Positions 63,628-64,000 of a DNA stretch of 64,000 nt are shown here, in pieces. This stretch comes from Bigelowiella natans CCMP2755 (lineage: Eukaryota > Protista > Cercozoa). Within the stretch, counting starts at the first letter, position 1; every line of letters begins with the position of its first letter. The DNA lies in NCBI GenBank assembly GCA_000320545.1, contig ADNK01001015.1, positions 18,330 to 82,329 on the forward strand, in the 5' to 3' direction. The translations under genes were made by a program, and so were the position numbers. The notes under the pieces were generated by a model, which was given only the letters and a program-made list of their open reading frames with translations, was not told where the DNA came from and ran no database searches.

Positions 63628-64000
63628 CTGTCCAATTTTTCTTCCCCCCTTTAATCATGTTTCCCTCATTTCTTGCTTCCTCCCCCCCCCCCAACCCCAC
63701 TGTGAGTGTTTGTGTGAATTTGTGTGTAGGCGTGCCTGAAAACGTGGGAAAAAAATTTTCTCCGTTTACTCCCTCCCAAACAAAAGATTATCGGAAACAA
63801 CAGCAAAACACGTGGGGTATCAGGGAGAACATAAAGGGTCTGGCCAACAGAAGGAGGGAAAAGGACAACACCGAAATAAGGAGGGGGGGGAAAGGGGAAA
63901 ACTTTATATCCACAGAGAGGGGTACTTTAAACCGCCTGGCGGGGTGAAATTCACAAAAGGGGGTCTTGGGGGGCGCTTGTTTAGTTACTCATAACTTGGT
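60196..64000 (+). CDS. WD40-repeat protein, multi-exon, runs off the window
   Basis: LAVGESDGSLSMW, AHSGGSVTVL..VASGGKDQKIRIW, LIAGSGEGMLFLWN and VMSLAASPDGRAFAAGYLDGKV, followed by Pro/Ser-rich exons. Confidence 0.75.

Noticed and set aside
63650-64000. Purine- and homopolymer-rich terminal segment as a distinct element
   Set aside because: More consistent with a further WD40-gene exon and/or low-quality sequence near a contig end; no diagnostic motif.

Overview
Eukaryotic nuclear DNA from an intron-rich protist. Short GT-AG introns, microsatellite-laden introns and a bipartite-like leader resemble a chlorarachniophyte such as Bigelowiella; this taxon assignment is an inference. Manual exon reading gives about 14 genes: a hypothetical gene (-, partial), ASPM/Asp (-, with ASH, CH, a 16-aa SAH-type repeat, IQ and ARM-like regions), a leader-bearing hypothetical gene (+), Pho88/SND3 (-), Mpv17/PMP22 with a C-terminal extension (+), an RBR E3 ligase with a Cys-rich membrane tail (-), a large JmjC protein (+), a truncated peptidase S51 (-), Pumilio (+), a PX-domain protein (-), TMEM260 (+), an intronless ankyrin protein (-), a SANT protein (-) and a WD40 protein (+, partial). 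Most genes alternate head-to-head and tail-to-tail, with degenerate repeat islands at gene 3' ends. Two signals stand out. (1) Repeat islands appear to lose TpA to TpG/CpA while keeping CpG, the opposite of 5mC decay or RIP. (2) A ~1 kb patchwork of short foreign-looking gene fragments (PrmB/HemK, acetyl-CoA synthetase, possibly a D5 helicase and an XRE HTH) lies between ~55-65 bp direct repeats at 56.3-57.4 kb. Exon boundaries were read by eye, so some gene 5' ends are approximate.
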